DNA of 64,000 bases, from assembly GCF_963921235.1 (NCBI RefSeq), contig NC_086108.1, positions 73,968,001 through 74,032,000 on the forward strand, given 5' to 3'. Shown in pieces: positions 24,331 through 37,659 of this stretch. A program made the position numbers and the translations under genes. This DNA is from Mobula hypostoma (taxonomy: Eukaryota). The notes under the pieces were generated by a model. That model did no database searches. It was not told the DNA's origin and worked only from the letters and a program-made list of their open reading frames with translations. Numbering within the stretch: the stretch's first letter is position 1; the number at the start of each line of letters is the position of its first letter.

Positions 24331-25404
24331 AAATTTCCCCTCATCTTAAACTGTGCATCCTAGACTCCTCAGTGCATCCTAGATTCCTCTCTACAACAAA
24401 TCTGTCAAATCCTTGAACAATTTTTAAAGTTTCAATAATGTCTTTCATTTTTTCAAGTTCTTATCTGTTCAAGCTAACTTAATCTCTTTCTTTATGTCAT
24501 CACTGGAATCAGTAAACAGAATTTTCACTGTATTTACATGAAAAGTTTGTGAGACCAAAACAGAACACATCAGTGCAATCTCACCAATGCAATAAGATTT
24601 CCTCACTCCAGCAATCAAAACCTGTTGAAATGAAGGCTATTAGACCATTTGTACTCCAAATTGCCTTCAGCACAAAGTGATGGCCTTCAGTGAGTTGTGT
24701 ACAAGCAACCTTCGTCTCTTTCAATGTCAACAATACCCAAATTCTCATTATTTAACAAATACCTGGCTTTTCTGAAGGTCTTGAAAGTAAAATGATCAGC
24801 ACAAAGCCAAATACATTCTGGAACATATTTCTATGAAAAAGGAACAATACATTCTGAAATTAAGCTAATTCCTCTTGTAACTCACAGAATTTTCAACAAT
24901 AGAGAAGCCTAAATACAGAAGTTGTAATTTAAAAAGAATTGCTATTGAGAAATGTAAATTTTGAATGAGAAGGATGGAAAGGAAAAGGGAAATCATAAAT
25001 GTACAATACCCTTGACAAAAATAAATGGATTTATACAATCTAGGCAGGTACTTGGTGCATAAATTGTTCCCTCTCAACAAATAGATGCAGAAGATCAGTT
25101 ATAGTTTATCTTATTATCTACATAAAATGACAAGACATGGATCCAAGCAGGGAAAAAAAGGCCTTACGGGCTAATTCTTATTCAAATAGCCATTTATATA
25201 TCTGACATCATTTCTTGAAGTATATCCAACATACACATCTGTTTCTCCACAGCATAGTTTTATCATATGACTGACAGTATCTTTGCTAATCTGCTGCAGA
25301 TTAAACTGTATTTTTGTCTTTGCCTTCATTTAGTATTCTTATTAAAACAAAAACTTTTCAGCTAAGTAAGTCCAAATTTGAACATTTTGCCCATCACAAA
25401 AGTA

Positions 25405-28400
25405 GACCATAAGACACAGGAGCAGGATTAGGCCAATCAGCCCAGAGAGTCTACTCTGCTATGGCTGCTCCAGTTTCCATTTCAACCTCATTCTCCTGCC
25501 TTCAACCCATAACCTTTCGTGCCACAATCCAAAATCTATCAACCTCTACCTTAAATACACCCAATATCCTAGCCTCCATTGACACCTGGCACAGATTAAC
25601 CAGCCTCTGGGTAAAGAAACTCATCCTCATTTCCATTCTAAATGGCCATCCCTCTATTCTGAGGCTGTGCTTTCTGGTCCAAGTTCATCCACTAGGAAAC
25701 ATCTTCTCCACATCCACTCTATCTAGGCTTTTCAATATTCAATAGGTTTCAATGAAATTCCCCCCACCCGCACCCATCCATTCTTCTAAACTTCAGTGAG
25801 TACAGGCCCAGAGTCATCAAACGCTCCTCATATGATAACCCTTTCATTCCTGGTATCTTTCTCGTGACACTCCTCTGAACTCTCTCTAATGTCAGCATTC
25901 TTAGATAAGGGGCCCAAAATTGCTCACAATACTTCAAGGGATGACTCACCAGTGCCTTCTAAAGCTTCAAGATTGCTTCCTTGCTTTAATATTCTATTCT
26001 CTCAAAATGAATATTAACACTGCATTTGCTTTCCTCACCACCAACTCAACCTGCACGTTAATCTTTAGGGCATCCTGCATGAGGACTCCCAAGTCCTCGG
26101 ATTTTGGAATTTTCTCCCCACTTAGACATAATCTTTGTCTATTCCTTCTACCTAGGTGCACGGCCATACACTTCCAGAGACTATTCTATCTGATACTTAT
26201 TTGTCCATTCTCCAAATCTGTCTATGTCCTTCTTCAGCCTCCCTGCTTCGTCAACACCACTTGCCCCTCCACCTATCTTTGTTTCGTCTACAAACTTGGC
26301 CACAAAGCTATCAACTCCATCATCTAAATCACATATACATTATGTAAAAAGCAGTCCCAAAACCAATCCCTGCAGAACACTGGTCACCAGCAGCCAACCA
26401 GGAAAGGCTGCTTTATTCCACACATTGCCTCCTGCCAATCAGCCAATCCTCTATCCATGCTGGTATCTGTCCTGTAATACCAGAGGCTCTTGTTAAGCAG
26501 CGTCAAGTGTGGCCTATTGTCAAAGGCCTTCTGAAAATCCAAGTACACAAAACCACCAATTCTTCATTGTCTATCTTGTTTGTTATTTCCTCAAAGAATT
26601 CCAACGGGTTTGTCAGGCAATATTTTCCCGCAATGAAACTAAGCTGATTTTGGCTTATTTTATCATGTGCCTTCCAGTTCCCAGAGACCTCATCCTTAAC
26701 AATCTATTCCACCACCTTGCCAACCACTGAGGTCAAGCTAACTGGTCTGTAACTTCCTTTTTTCTGTCTCTTTCCCTTCTAGAAGTGTGAGGTGATGTTT
26801 GTAATTTTCCAGTCCTCCAGAACCATGCCAGAATCAAATGATTCTTGAAAGGTCATTACAGTTGCCTCCACAATCTCTTTAGCTACCATTTTCAGAACCC
26901 TGGGGTGCAGTCCATCTGGTCCAGGTGCCTTACCTACTTCAGACCTTTCAGCTTCCCAAACACCTTTTCCCTAGTAATAGCAGCATCACTCACTTCTACC
27001 CCTTTACACTCAAACTTCCAGCATACTGCTAATGTCATCTACAGTAAAGACGGATACAAAATACTTATTCAGTTCACCTATTGTTTCCTTGTTCTACATT
27101 ACTACCTCTCCAGTGTCATTATCCAGTGATCTACTCTTGCCTCTCTGTTACCCTTTATATATCTGGGAAAAAAACTTTTGGCATCCTTTTTAATATTATT
27201 GGCTAGCTTACCTTCATATTTCATCTTTTCCTTCCCTTATAACATTTTTAGTTGCCTTTTCTTTGTTTTTAAAAGCTTCACAATCCTCTATTTCCCACTA
27301 ATTTTTGCTCCATTATATGCCCTCTCTTTTGCTTTGATGCCTTTGACTTCCCTTGTAGCCACAGTTGTGTCATCCTGCTTTTAGAATACTTCTTCTTTAG
27401 AATGTATCTATCTTGCATCTTCCAATTTGCTCCCAGAAATTCTGGCCATTGCTGCTCTGCCATCATCCCTGCTAGTGTCCCCTTCCAATCAACTCTGGCC
27501 AGTTCCTCTCTCATGCCTCTGTAATTCCCTTTATTCCACCATAATACTAATACATTAGACTTCCATCTTCTCCCTCTCAAACTGCAGGGTGAATACTATT
27601 ATATTATGATCACTGCCTTCTCAGGGTACCCGTAACTAAAGCTCCCTAATCAAATCTGGTTCATTGCCTTTCCTATCATGGACCCAACCACAAACTGGTC
27701 TAAAATGCAATCTCGTACCCATGCTATAAATTCTCTCATTTGGGATCCAGCACCAACCTGATTTTTCCCAATCAACCTGCATACTGAAATCCACCATGAC
27801 TATCGTAACATTGCCCCTTGGACATGCCTTTTCTATCGCTGTTGTAATTTGTAGCCCATATCCTGGCTGCTGTTTGGAGGCCCATATACAACTCCCAACA
27901 GGGTATTTTTATCCTTGCAGTTTCTTAACTCTACTCACAAGGATTCAATGTCTTTTAATCCTATGTAATTTCTTTGTAAGGATTTGATTTCATTTTTTAC
28001 CACCCGAGCCACACTACCCCCTCTGCCTATCTGCTTGTCCTTTTGATACAAGGTGTATCCTTGGACGTTAAGCTCTCAACTATAATCTTCTTTCAGCGAC
28101 AGCTCAGTGATGCCCTCAAAGTCATATCTACCAATCTCTAACTATGTTACAAGATCATCTACCTTATTCCATATATTGAATTGAAATACAACTCCTTCAG
28201 TCCTGTGTTCGTCACCATTTTCGATTTTGTCCCCATGCTGTACTGCAACACGTCTCACTAATTGCAATTTTGACCTATCATCTGCCTGTCCTTCATCACC
28301 ATCTCACTAAGCAATTCATCTACTTGTATACCAGTGTCCCAATCATCAGCCCTACCTCTCCAGTTCCCATCCCCCTGCCAAATTAGTTTAAACCCTCCCC

Positions 28401-28800
28401 AACAGCTCTAACAAATGTGCCTACAAGGATATTGGTCCCCCTCAGGTTCAGGTGGAACCCGTTCCTTTTGTACAGGTCATACCCGCCCCAGAAGAAATCC
28501 CAGTGATCCAGAAATTTGAAGCCCTGCCCCCTGCAGCACTTCCTCAGCCATTGATTCATACACTAAATTATCCTATTCTTACCCTCACTGGCACATGGGA
28601 TAGGCAGTAATCCAGAGATTTCTACCCTGGAAGTCAACCTTCTACCTAACTTCTTAAATTCTCTCTTCAGAACTTCCATTCTTTTCCTATCTATGTCAAT
28701 GAGTACCAAGTCTCCTGGCTGTTCACCTTCCCCCTTTAGAATGCCATGGACCCAATCAGAGACACCACTGACCCTGGCACTTGGGAACCAACCCTGGCAT
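25405..28800 (-). mobile_element. Long degenerate CR1 LINE (ORF1 esterase remnant + ORF2)
   Basis: Minus ORFs 28563-28823 (esterase-like, homologous to 45192-46082), 27278-27580 and 25749-25949; tail GACCATAAGAC at ~25405. Confidence 0.88.
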
Positions 28801-29437
28801 CCAGCTATCTCTTTCACATCCACAGAATCTCATACTATTTCTATGTCTACTCCTCTATGAAATCCCCTACCACACCCGCACTCCTCTTCTCTTCCACCCC
28901 AGCCCCCACGACACCCACTCCCTTCTGAGCAACAGCACCAGACTCAGAGCTTTTTCACTGAGGGAAGTACCCACTGAATCAATTCCATTTTCCAAGCAAT
29001 GCCTTGTCCTAAAACCAAAGGATAGCTTGAAAATTTGGCACTTTCTACACAACCAGCATTCACCCAACCCCCACTCCTACCACATGTAAAAGCAGCAAAC
29101 ATTTGTATCCACAGGAGATACAGAAAATATTAGGCTAATTTTGGAACTTGCAGTCTGGCAAGCAATGTGTCATCATATCATTCCATTCTGTTTAAATTAT
29201 TTCATATACATGTAGTGGAAAGAGAATAGTAACACTGTACATGTATTTTGTTGAAAGAAAGAAAATAGAAAACTTAGCAATGGAAATCACCTTACCCAGT
29301 GACTAAAATAGTGAAATAAATGAAATTGATAAAGATAGGAAACAATTCTAACTCACAGTTGAATTCAAGCACAAGGACCGAGCCATGATCTAATGCAAAA
29401 CAAAAACAAGTAATGAACATTCATTTATCCTAAATTA

Positions 29438-29762
29438 TGTTAGGAAATGTAGAGGAGGCTTGACCCAAATACAAAGCAGCCAAGACAATTTAGCAATGAG
29501 CGATCACTTTAATAATAAACTACAAAATAGTTTTGCAGGCAACAAGGTAACTGAAGGTTAAAAACAACTGATAGAGGCTAGTTGATTTGATGGGTGAATT
29601 CGGCTTGTGGAAGAGAGCTGACTTTTAAATAGACCACAGGTGACGAGTTGGAAATATGTCACAGTTGACTGTTCACTGGATGGGCCAGCCACCGCTAATG
29701 GCTATGGCGGGTGGCCACCAGGACAGCCTCTTGTACATCTGGGACAAATAGCAGGCCTGACA
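29438..29762 (-). mobile_element. Putative solo LTR carrying a captured Gypsy fragment
   Basis: Termini TGTTAGG...CCTGACA form an inverted pair; flanks ATTA/ATTT; TATA-like and ATTAAA-like motifs on the minus strand. Confidence 0.5.
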
Positions 29763-30061
29763 ATTTGTTTCCTTTTGCTGTTTTGCTAATCTACAATATT
29801 TAAAATGTCTTAACATGAAGAGAATCTCTTCATTACTTCAAAACTTCCTGTGGTAGGCAAAACAGAAAAAAGTTGCTCTACAACGTGATCTATCTTTCTG
29901 CCTTCTGGATTTTCAAGCATTAAGTACCACCTGAGTTGCTAATGCAAAACTTTGTTGCAGTATTTTTATTTACACAGTTTTCCTTCACAAAGATATTGTA
30001 TTAAGCAGTTGACCATTTTACATGGTTCTCAAGGATCAAGTTTTTAAAAGATATAATGCAA

Positions 30062-30116
30062 CTCCTGCAGACTGGAGGATGGCAAGTGTAACGCCACTAT
30101 TTAAAAATGGGAAAAA
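30062..30116 (+). mobile_element. Tiny internal CR1 ORF2 fragment
   Basis: Translates PADWRMASVTPLFKNGK, compared with PEDWKVANVVPLFKKGR at ~47666-47716. Confidence 0.55.
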
Positions 30117-30308
30117 CCACCTACACACCCAAGTGTAATCCAAGGCAATCTCACTTTCAAAACTATTCCATTAGCTGTAAAGTGCTTTGCATCCTGAATT
30201 ACGGCCTCCAAAATCAAGTTTTTGGACTCAAGAATTGACCTCAAAGACTTTGAATATACAGTTTGCGGGAGGAACTCAATAGGTCTGGCAGCAGAGGAAA
30301 TAAACTGT

Positions 30309-33300
30309 TGTGGCAACCCACTTTCTACACAGATGAACCGGCTCACAAAATGGCGCGCATGTCGGCAGAGAGGCCAGCCCCAAAAAGGCGCTGGGCCGCC
30401 TTCTTCACCAGCAAGGGGAGAAACCTGCGCGCAGGAAGAGACTTTTGTAATGCACCTCTGATGTCATTTCTGCCCGGAGAGGGCGAGAACGGAACTGTGT
30501 AAAAGCCAGTGCCGCGAATTTTAAATAAACTAGTCTCGAGTACAACTTACAGACTGCGTGTTGTTATTTCTAGCTCTGTGTGTAGCACATCGCTACATTG
30601 GTGACCCCAATGGTCTAAACGGGATTTGGACCAAAGATGATTGACTCCATCTGTTCACACAGTTTCGCTAAAACTGCCAACTTTCTGGACGCTGTGACCA
30701 CACGTGTGGTTTGACCAAGCAGAAGCCCAGTTCCAGATTCGGCAGATATCTTCTGATTCCACGCGATACTATTATGTGGTGAGCTCCCTTGACCAGGAGA
30801 CAGCTGCCCAGGTTGAGGATTTCATACAGTCACCCCCGGAAGAAGGCAAATATGCAGCATTCAAAGCGCTGCTCATAGGGACCTCTGGCCTCTCACGGCG
30901 TAAGCAAGGTGCCTGCTTGCTGTACCTGGACAGTTTGGGAGACAGGCCACCATCAGCATTAATGAACGAGATGCTGGCCCTGGCTGAAGGACACAAGTCC
31001 TGCCTCATGTTTGAGCAGGCATTCCCAGAGCAACTGCCTGAGGACATACATCTGCTGCTGGCCGACACAGATTTCAGCAACCCCCGGAACGTGGCGACCC
31101 GGGCAGACCTTCTGTGGAAAGCCAAGAGAGAGAGCGGGACATCCGTCGGACAGATTACCAAGCCACGCACCCAACAGCAGGCCAGACCAGGCCTGGCAAC
31201 GGAGCGCACAGAACCCAGAAGCAGGAGTGAGGAGGACAATGAACAGTGGTGTTTCTACCACCAGCGATGGGGCACAGAAGCTCACCGTTGTCGCCCGCCC
31301 TGCAAGTTCCCGGAAAGTGCAAGGGCCAGCCACCGCTAATGGCTACAGCGGTTGGCCACCAGGACAGCCTCTTGTACATCTGGGACAAATAGTCGGTACG
31401 CCTCTTCTTGGTCGACACCGGAGCGGAAATCAGTGTCTTACCCCCGACGGGGTACGATACCCGCAACAGGGAGCCGGGACCCACTCTGAGGGCCGCAAAC
31501 GGCAGCACAATATGGACCTATGGCACCCCCACAGTGCAGCTGCAGTTCGGCGCCAGCCGCTTCACATGGGACTTCACACTGGCTGCCGTGGCCCAACCAC
31601 TCCTGAGGGTGGGCTTCTTGCGAGCTCACAGCCTGCTGGTCGACTTGCAAGGGAAAAGACTGGTCCATGCCAAGACTTTCCAGACATTCTCCCTGGATGA
31701 AGCCAAGTTGCCGGCCCCACACCTGGACTCCATCACGCTGTCTGACAACGAATTCACCAGAATCCTGGTGTACTTTCCATCAGTTCTGGCATTGCAGTTC
31801 ATGGCAGCCATGCCCAGACACGGAGTACAGCACTACATTCCGACCCAGGGACCAACCCTCCACACCTGTGCACGAAGGCTCCTCCAAGACAAGCTCCGCC
31901 TGGCGAAGGAGGAATTCAAGAGGATGGAGGAATTAGGGATTGTACGACGGTCCGACAGCCTGTGGCCTCCCCCCTGCACATGGTACCCAAAGCAGCTGGG
32001 GGCTGGAGACCATGCGGCAACTACCGCAGACTGAACGAGGCTACAACTTCAGACCGCTACCCCGTGCCGCACACACAGGACTTTGCAGCAAACCTGCACG
32101 GGCAAGCATCTTTTCCAAAGTAGACCTGGTCCGGGAATACCATCAAATCCCGGTACACCCTGAAGACATCCCCAAGACAGCACTCATCACCCCGTTTGGC
32201 CTGTTCAAATTGCTCCGAATGCTGCTTGGCCTGAAGAATGCCACACAGACGTGTGGATGCAGTAGGATGCAACCTGGACTTTGCGTTCATCTATTTGGAC
32301 GACATCCTCATAGCCAGCAGTAGTCATCAGGAGCATCTGTCCCACCTCCTCCAGCTCTACTCCCGCCTGAGTGATTTCGGCCTCACAATCAACCCGGCCA
32401 AATGCTAGTTCGGACTCGACACCGTCGACTTCCTGGGCCACAGGATTACCAAAAGACGGGGTAACATCTCTGCCCGTCAAGGTAGACACGATTCGCCACT
32501 TCGCCCGGCCCAACACAGTCAAAGGCCTGCAGGAGTTCGTTGGTATGGTGAACTTCTACCACCACTTCCTCTCCTCAGCAGCCCATATCATGCGCCCTTT
32601 ATTCACCCTGATGTCGGATAAAGGCAAGGGCATTACTTGGGACAAAGAGGCCACGGCCGCTTTCATTAAAGCTACGGAAGCCTTGGTAGACGCCGCGATG
32701 CTGGTGCACCCCAGAATGGACGTTTTAACTGCCCTCACAGTGGACGCATCCAACACAGCAGTCGGTGGGGTGCTGGAGCAACTCATCGAGGGGTGTTCCT
32801 ATGGCCACCCGAACTCAAGTACAGTGCCTTCCACTGGGAGCTGTTGGCACTATATCTGGCAATCCAGCATTTCAGGTACTTCTTAGAAGGCATGCCGTTC
32901 ACTGTGTTCACGGACCAGAAACCGTTGACCTTCGTGTTCACGAAGGTGTCTGATCTCTGGTCGGCCTGAGAGCAGCGACATCTGTCCTATATCTCCGAGT
33001 ACACGACAGACATCCAGCATATCTACGAGTCTGTGGTGGCCAGTGCTATCATGCTTGCTGTTGTGTGCTGGGGCAGCAGACACCAACAGAATCAACAAAT
33101 TCATTCGTGAGGCCAGTGATGTTGTGGAGATGGAACTGCACTCTCTCACGGTGGTGTCTGAAAAGAGGACGCTGTCTAAGTTGCATGCCATCTTGGTCAA
33201 TGTCTCCCATCCACTACATAATGTACTGGGTGGGCACAGGAGTACATTCAGCCAGAGACTCATTCCACCGAGATGCAACACAGAATGTCATAGGAAGTCA

Positions 33301-35140
33301 TTCCTGCCTGTGGCCATCAAACTTCACAACTCCTCCCTTGGAGGGTCAAACTTCCTGAGCCAATAGGCTGGTCCTGGACTCATTTCATAATTTACTGGCA
33401 TAATTTACATATTAATATTTAACTATTATGGTTGTATTACTATTTATTATTTATGGTGCAACTGTAACGAAAACCAATTTCCCTCGGGATCAATAAAGTA
33501 TGACTATGACTATCTCGGGAAAGGACAACGTCGTAGCGGACTCACTCTCCAGACCAGCTATCCAGGCCCTATCCCAGGGGGTGGACTATGCAGCACTGGC
33601 GGAGGCACAGGAGGCAGACGACGAGATGCCCAGCTACAGGACCACAGACTCGGGTTTGCAGCTGCAAGACTTCCTCGTAGGCCCAGGTGAAAAGACCTTC
33701 CCGTGTGACGTGGCTACCAGCCAACCTCGCCCCATCGTCCCGGCAGCCTGGCGGTGGCTAGTTTTCGACTCCATACACGGCTTGACGCACCCATCTGTCA
33801 GGACAACCATCCAGATGGTCTCCAGCAAGTTCGTGTGGCACAGACTTCACAAACAGGTCAGCGAATGGGCCAAAACGTGCACGCAATGCCAAACAGCCAA
33901 GGTGCAGCGGCACACCAAAGCCCCGCCGCAGTTCAAACCCACCCGCCGGAGGTTCGACCACATTCATGTGGATATCGTGGGGCCCCTGCCAGTGTCGCGA
34001 GGAGCGCAGTACCTCCTAACTATGTTAGACCAGTTCACGAGATGGCCAGAGGCGGTCCCGTTTACCAACACCACCGCCGATTCCTGCGCCCGAGCGCTGA
34101 TTGCAACCTGGGTAGCACGCTTCGGGATACCGGCCCACATTACCTCTAACAGAGGCGCCCAGTTCACCTCCAGCCTGTGGTCGGCTATGGCCAGCCTGTT
34201 GGGAACACAGCTATACCACAGAACTGCCTACCACCCACAGTCCAACGGACTAGTGGAACGCTTCCACCGTCACTTCAAGTCGGCCCTCATGGCCCTCCTG
34301 AAAGGGCCTAACTGGGTGGACGAGCTTCCCTGGGTCTTGCTTGGAATCCACACAGCACCCAAGGAGGATCTGCACACCTCATCGGCTGAGCTGGTGTACA
34401 GCACACCACTGGCCGTCCCAGGAGAGTTCATACCAGCCCCAAGGGGGCAAGAGGAAGAACCCGCAGCAGTCCTGGACAGACTACGCTAAAGACTCAGCAA
34501 ACTGGCCCCCGTACTAACTTCACAGCACGGACAGATCCCGACCTGCATACCCAAAGACCTGCAGAACTGTAAGTTTGTATTTGTACGAAGGGGCGCACGC
34601 CGGGCACCGCTACAGCGGCCGTACAAGGGGCCGTTCAAGGTGATCAGGAACAACGGGTCCACGTACGTTCTGGACATTGGGAGGAAAGAGGAGGCTTTCA
34701 CGGTGGACCAACTCAAACCGGCCCATGTGGACTTGGCACAGCCAGTCGAGGTTCAGGCACCATGGCGCAGAGGCAGACCGCCCAAACAGAGACTGATCCA
34801 GACTGTGGACATTGAGAGGTGTATTGCCAATTCTTGGGGGGGGGGGTTTATGTGGCGAACCGCTTTCTACGCAGGCGAACCGGCTCACAAAATGGCACGC
34901 ACGTCAGCAGAGAGGCCAGCCCCAAAATGGTGCTGGGCCTTCTTCTTCACCAGCAAGGGGAGAAAAACCACACACAGGAAGAGACTTTTGTAATGCACCT
35001 CTGACATCATTTCCGCCCGGAGAGGGCAGGAATGGAACTGCATAAAAGCCAATGCCGCGAAGTTTGAATAAACTAGTCTCGAGTGCAACTTACAGACTGC
35101 GTGTCGTTATTTCTAGCTCTGTGCGTAGCACATCCCTACA
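30309..35140 (+). mobile_element. Full-structure Ty3/Gypsy LTR retrotransposon, CsRn1-like (disrupted)
   Basis: LTRs at 30309-30597 and 34851-35140, TSD CTGT, PBS TGGTGACCCC (tRNA-Trp) at 30599 and a G-rich PPT. Gag 30704-31339 has a CHCC motif (CFYHQRW...CRPPC). Protease LVDTGA, RT, RNase H and integrase 33500-34489 (HHCC, D-N-E core with the second Asp read as N) follow. Confidence 0.95.
33025..33510 (+). mobile_element. Rex/Babar-type LINE 3' fragment inserted in Gypsy RNase H
   Basis: ORF 33043-33366 (SHPLHNVL...RKSFLPVAIKLHN), AATAAA and a TATGAC-repeat tail. TSD TATCT (33020-33024, 33511-33515) splits Gypsy IQHI/SGKDN. Confidence 0.85.
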
Positions 35141-35929
35141 CTGTCAATATTTCAGATTGAAATCCTGCATCAGAACAACTCGAAGACTTTCAGCGAGATA
35201 GTACTGATTTTCATCAGGGGTGCCAAACAGAACTGCTAATGTTTGACATTGAAACAGACACAAGTCTACAAGTTAATGATAGTTTCAGAGTCAAATCTGT
35301 CAGCTTGCCCTATGCTGCATCTCCATTAATTTAATTGAAGAACATTAAACAAAGACTCAGAAAGTACATAATTAAGAGAATATAACCAAAGTGAAATATT
35401 TTCAGTCAATAATATTTTTCTCTCTATGTTACTTTAATGTTCATGGGTCTTATAATCTCTTTGACCAAGACACATTTACCAAATATTAAAATCAATAGTA
35501 ACTCAGAGACTGGCAAAGTCCTACTGTACTGTTACACCAAGACACTCAAGGCCCAGTCCCCCATTCACATGATACTGCTTGAGTCTGGAGGTGCAAAGGT
35601 TCAGCAGAATAGGCCCTTTGATCCAGTTCAATTAAGAGCAGCTATTGTGGGTCTAAAGTGACAATTTTGGGTAGGGGGAAAATAAGGCAAACACAATCAA
35701 TGTAAATTGTACAAGAGTTGTCCAGAAAATCTGACAGTGTCGATGGGGAGAGGAAAAAAAATGGTGTTTAGATTGCTAACTTACAGAAGTGGCTAGTTCT
35801 CATGCAAAGAAAATGAGCAAACTAAAACTGCTAACTTTGGAACACAGAGGATTTTACTGTAGCTCTGACCTGCATTTCACAATTTTTGGGTTCCCTTGGC
35901 TGTGGTTCTCTCCTTAAACTATCAATGAG

Positions 35930-36094
35930 GTAGCATCTATAGGAGGAGGTACAGTCAACGATTCGGGCCGAGACCCTATGTCAACTGTACCTCGTCCTAT
36001 AGATGCAGCTTGGCCTGCTGCATTCACTAGTATTTTTTTATGTGTGTTGCTTGATTTTCCAGCATCTGCAGATTTCCTCATGTTTGCGTTTTTA
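35930..36094. mobile_element. Palindromic Penelope pLTR insertion (older subfamily)
   Basis: Inverted arms join within the hammerhead motif (~35955-35985); possible TSD AATGAG. Confidence 0.7.
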
Positions 36095-36155
36095 AATGAG
36101 ACAACCTGATCGTTTTATCAACAGCTCATCACCAAAGCCTCTCCCTATCAAAGAT

Positions 36156-37287
36156 CACACACAAAATGCTGGTGGAATGCAGCAGACCAGGCAGCATCTA
36201 TAGGAAGAAGTACAATCAATGTTTCAGGTCGAGAGCCTTCGTCAGGACTAACAGAAAAAAGAGATACAGGTTTCCCCCGCCATCCGAAGATAGAGCGTTC
36301 CTATGAAACGGTTCGTAAGCCGGAATGTCTTAAAGTGAAGAAGCAATTTATTTATATGGGAAAAATTTGTGAGCATTCGCTGACCCAAAAAATAACCTAC
36401 CAAATCATGCCAAATAACACATAAAACCTAAAATAACAGTAACATATAGTAAAAGCAGTTGCACAAACTCACTTTGTCCTTACTTCATTCACCACAATCG
36501 AAACGCTTAATTATGTCTAGTTCTATGCTAAGTGTAACACCTTTACAAGCTCTTTTAGGCTTTTCCAATACCTTAGAACTCATCTTGCTAACGGCTGCTC
36601 ACAGGCATGTGTTTAAGTAATGCCGGTTAGAATGCAGTTCCAGGGGAGGAGATTGGCTGCTCGGGGCACGCGCTGCCTTTTATCGTACGCTGCCTTTTTT
36701 CGTAACAGTGAACACCTTCTGTTAGCGAAAACAGGTAACTAATGTAGGTCTTTCGTAACAGCGAGGTTTCCTAAAGCGAACGTTCAAAAAACGGGGGACA
36801 CCTGTAGTAAGAGGTTCGAAAGGGGGACGGGGAGACCCAAAATGATTGGAGAAGACAGGAGGGGGAAGGATGAAGCCAAGAGCTGGGAAATTGATTGGCA
36901 AAAATCAACTCTCTTTCCCTCTCAGAATAACTCCTTGCCTGTTCTCCATCTTCCTCTGGTGCTCCCCTCCACCTTTCTTTCTTCCAAGGCCTTTTGTCCC
37001 ATGATACTTCCCCTTCTCCAGCCTTGTATCCCTTTTGCCAATCAACTTCCCAGCTCTTGGCTTCATCCCTCCCACTCCTGTCTTCTCCTATCATTTCAGA
37101 TCTCCCCCTCCACCCCCCCACTTTCAAATCTCTTACTATCTCTTTTTTCTGTTAGTCCTGACAAAGGGTCTTGACCCGAAATGTTGACTGTACTTCTTCC
37201 TACAGATGCTGCCTGGCCTGCTGCATTACACTAGCATTTTGTGTGTGTTGCTTGAATTTCCAGCATCTGCAGATTTTCTCATGTTTG
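36156..37287. mobile_element. Inverted (head-to-head) Penelope 3'-end insertion
   Basis: Minus arm 36156-~36904 and plus arm ~36905-37287, homologous to 55714-56000. 13-bp TSD CCCTATCAAAGAT (36143-36155, 37288-37300). The hammerheads are mutated. Confidence 0.85.
36267..36804 (-). mobile_element. Shorter Tigger deletion derivative (MITE), same family as 12874-14505
   Basis: Same TIRs in reverse orientation, TA TSD, shared HTH remnant. Confidence 0.9.
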
Positions 37288-37659
37288 CCCTATCAAAGAT
37301 ATTTACTTTGTGCCATCCATCCATCCACCTTCCTCTCTGCAAATTCAAAGCAATTTCTTAGTTCTGACAAAGGATCTTTGAGCTGAAATGTTAACTTAAC
37401 TTCTCCTTCCACAGATGCTGTCTAACCTGCTAAGTGTTTTCAGTTGAGATTTTGAACCTGCATAACAATATATGCTCTCTGGCCACAATATTTGTTGACA
37501 ACCATAAATTTAACAAATATATTGTCAATAATTACAAGAAAATCATTGTCATTTCAGCCTCTCTAATCAAGGGATGCCAAGACAAAAATAACATTTTCAT
37601 TCCACCACAAGTGAAATTGCCTTCAGCACTGGGAATACGACTATAGTGTTCTCGTGCAG

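Noticed and set aside
33500..34489. 329-aa integrase ORF as a domesticated gene
   Set aside because: It lies in a decaying provirus, its ATG comes from the inserted LINE tail, the catalytic SDRG reads SNRG, and it ends at a premature stop.
30772..35088. Numerous overlapping antisense and alternate-frame ORFs
   Set aside because: By-products of GC-rich Gypsy coding sequence; the same applies to the plus-strand ORFs over the Penelope element.
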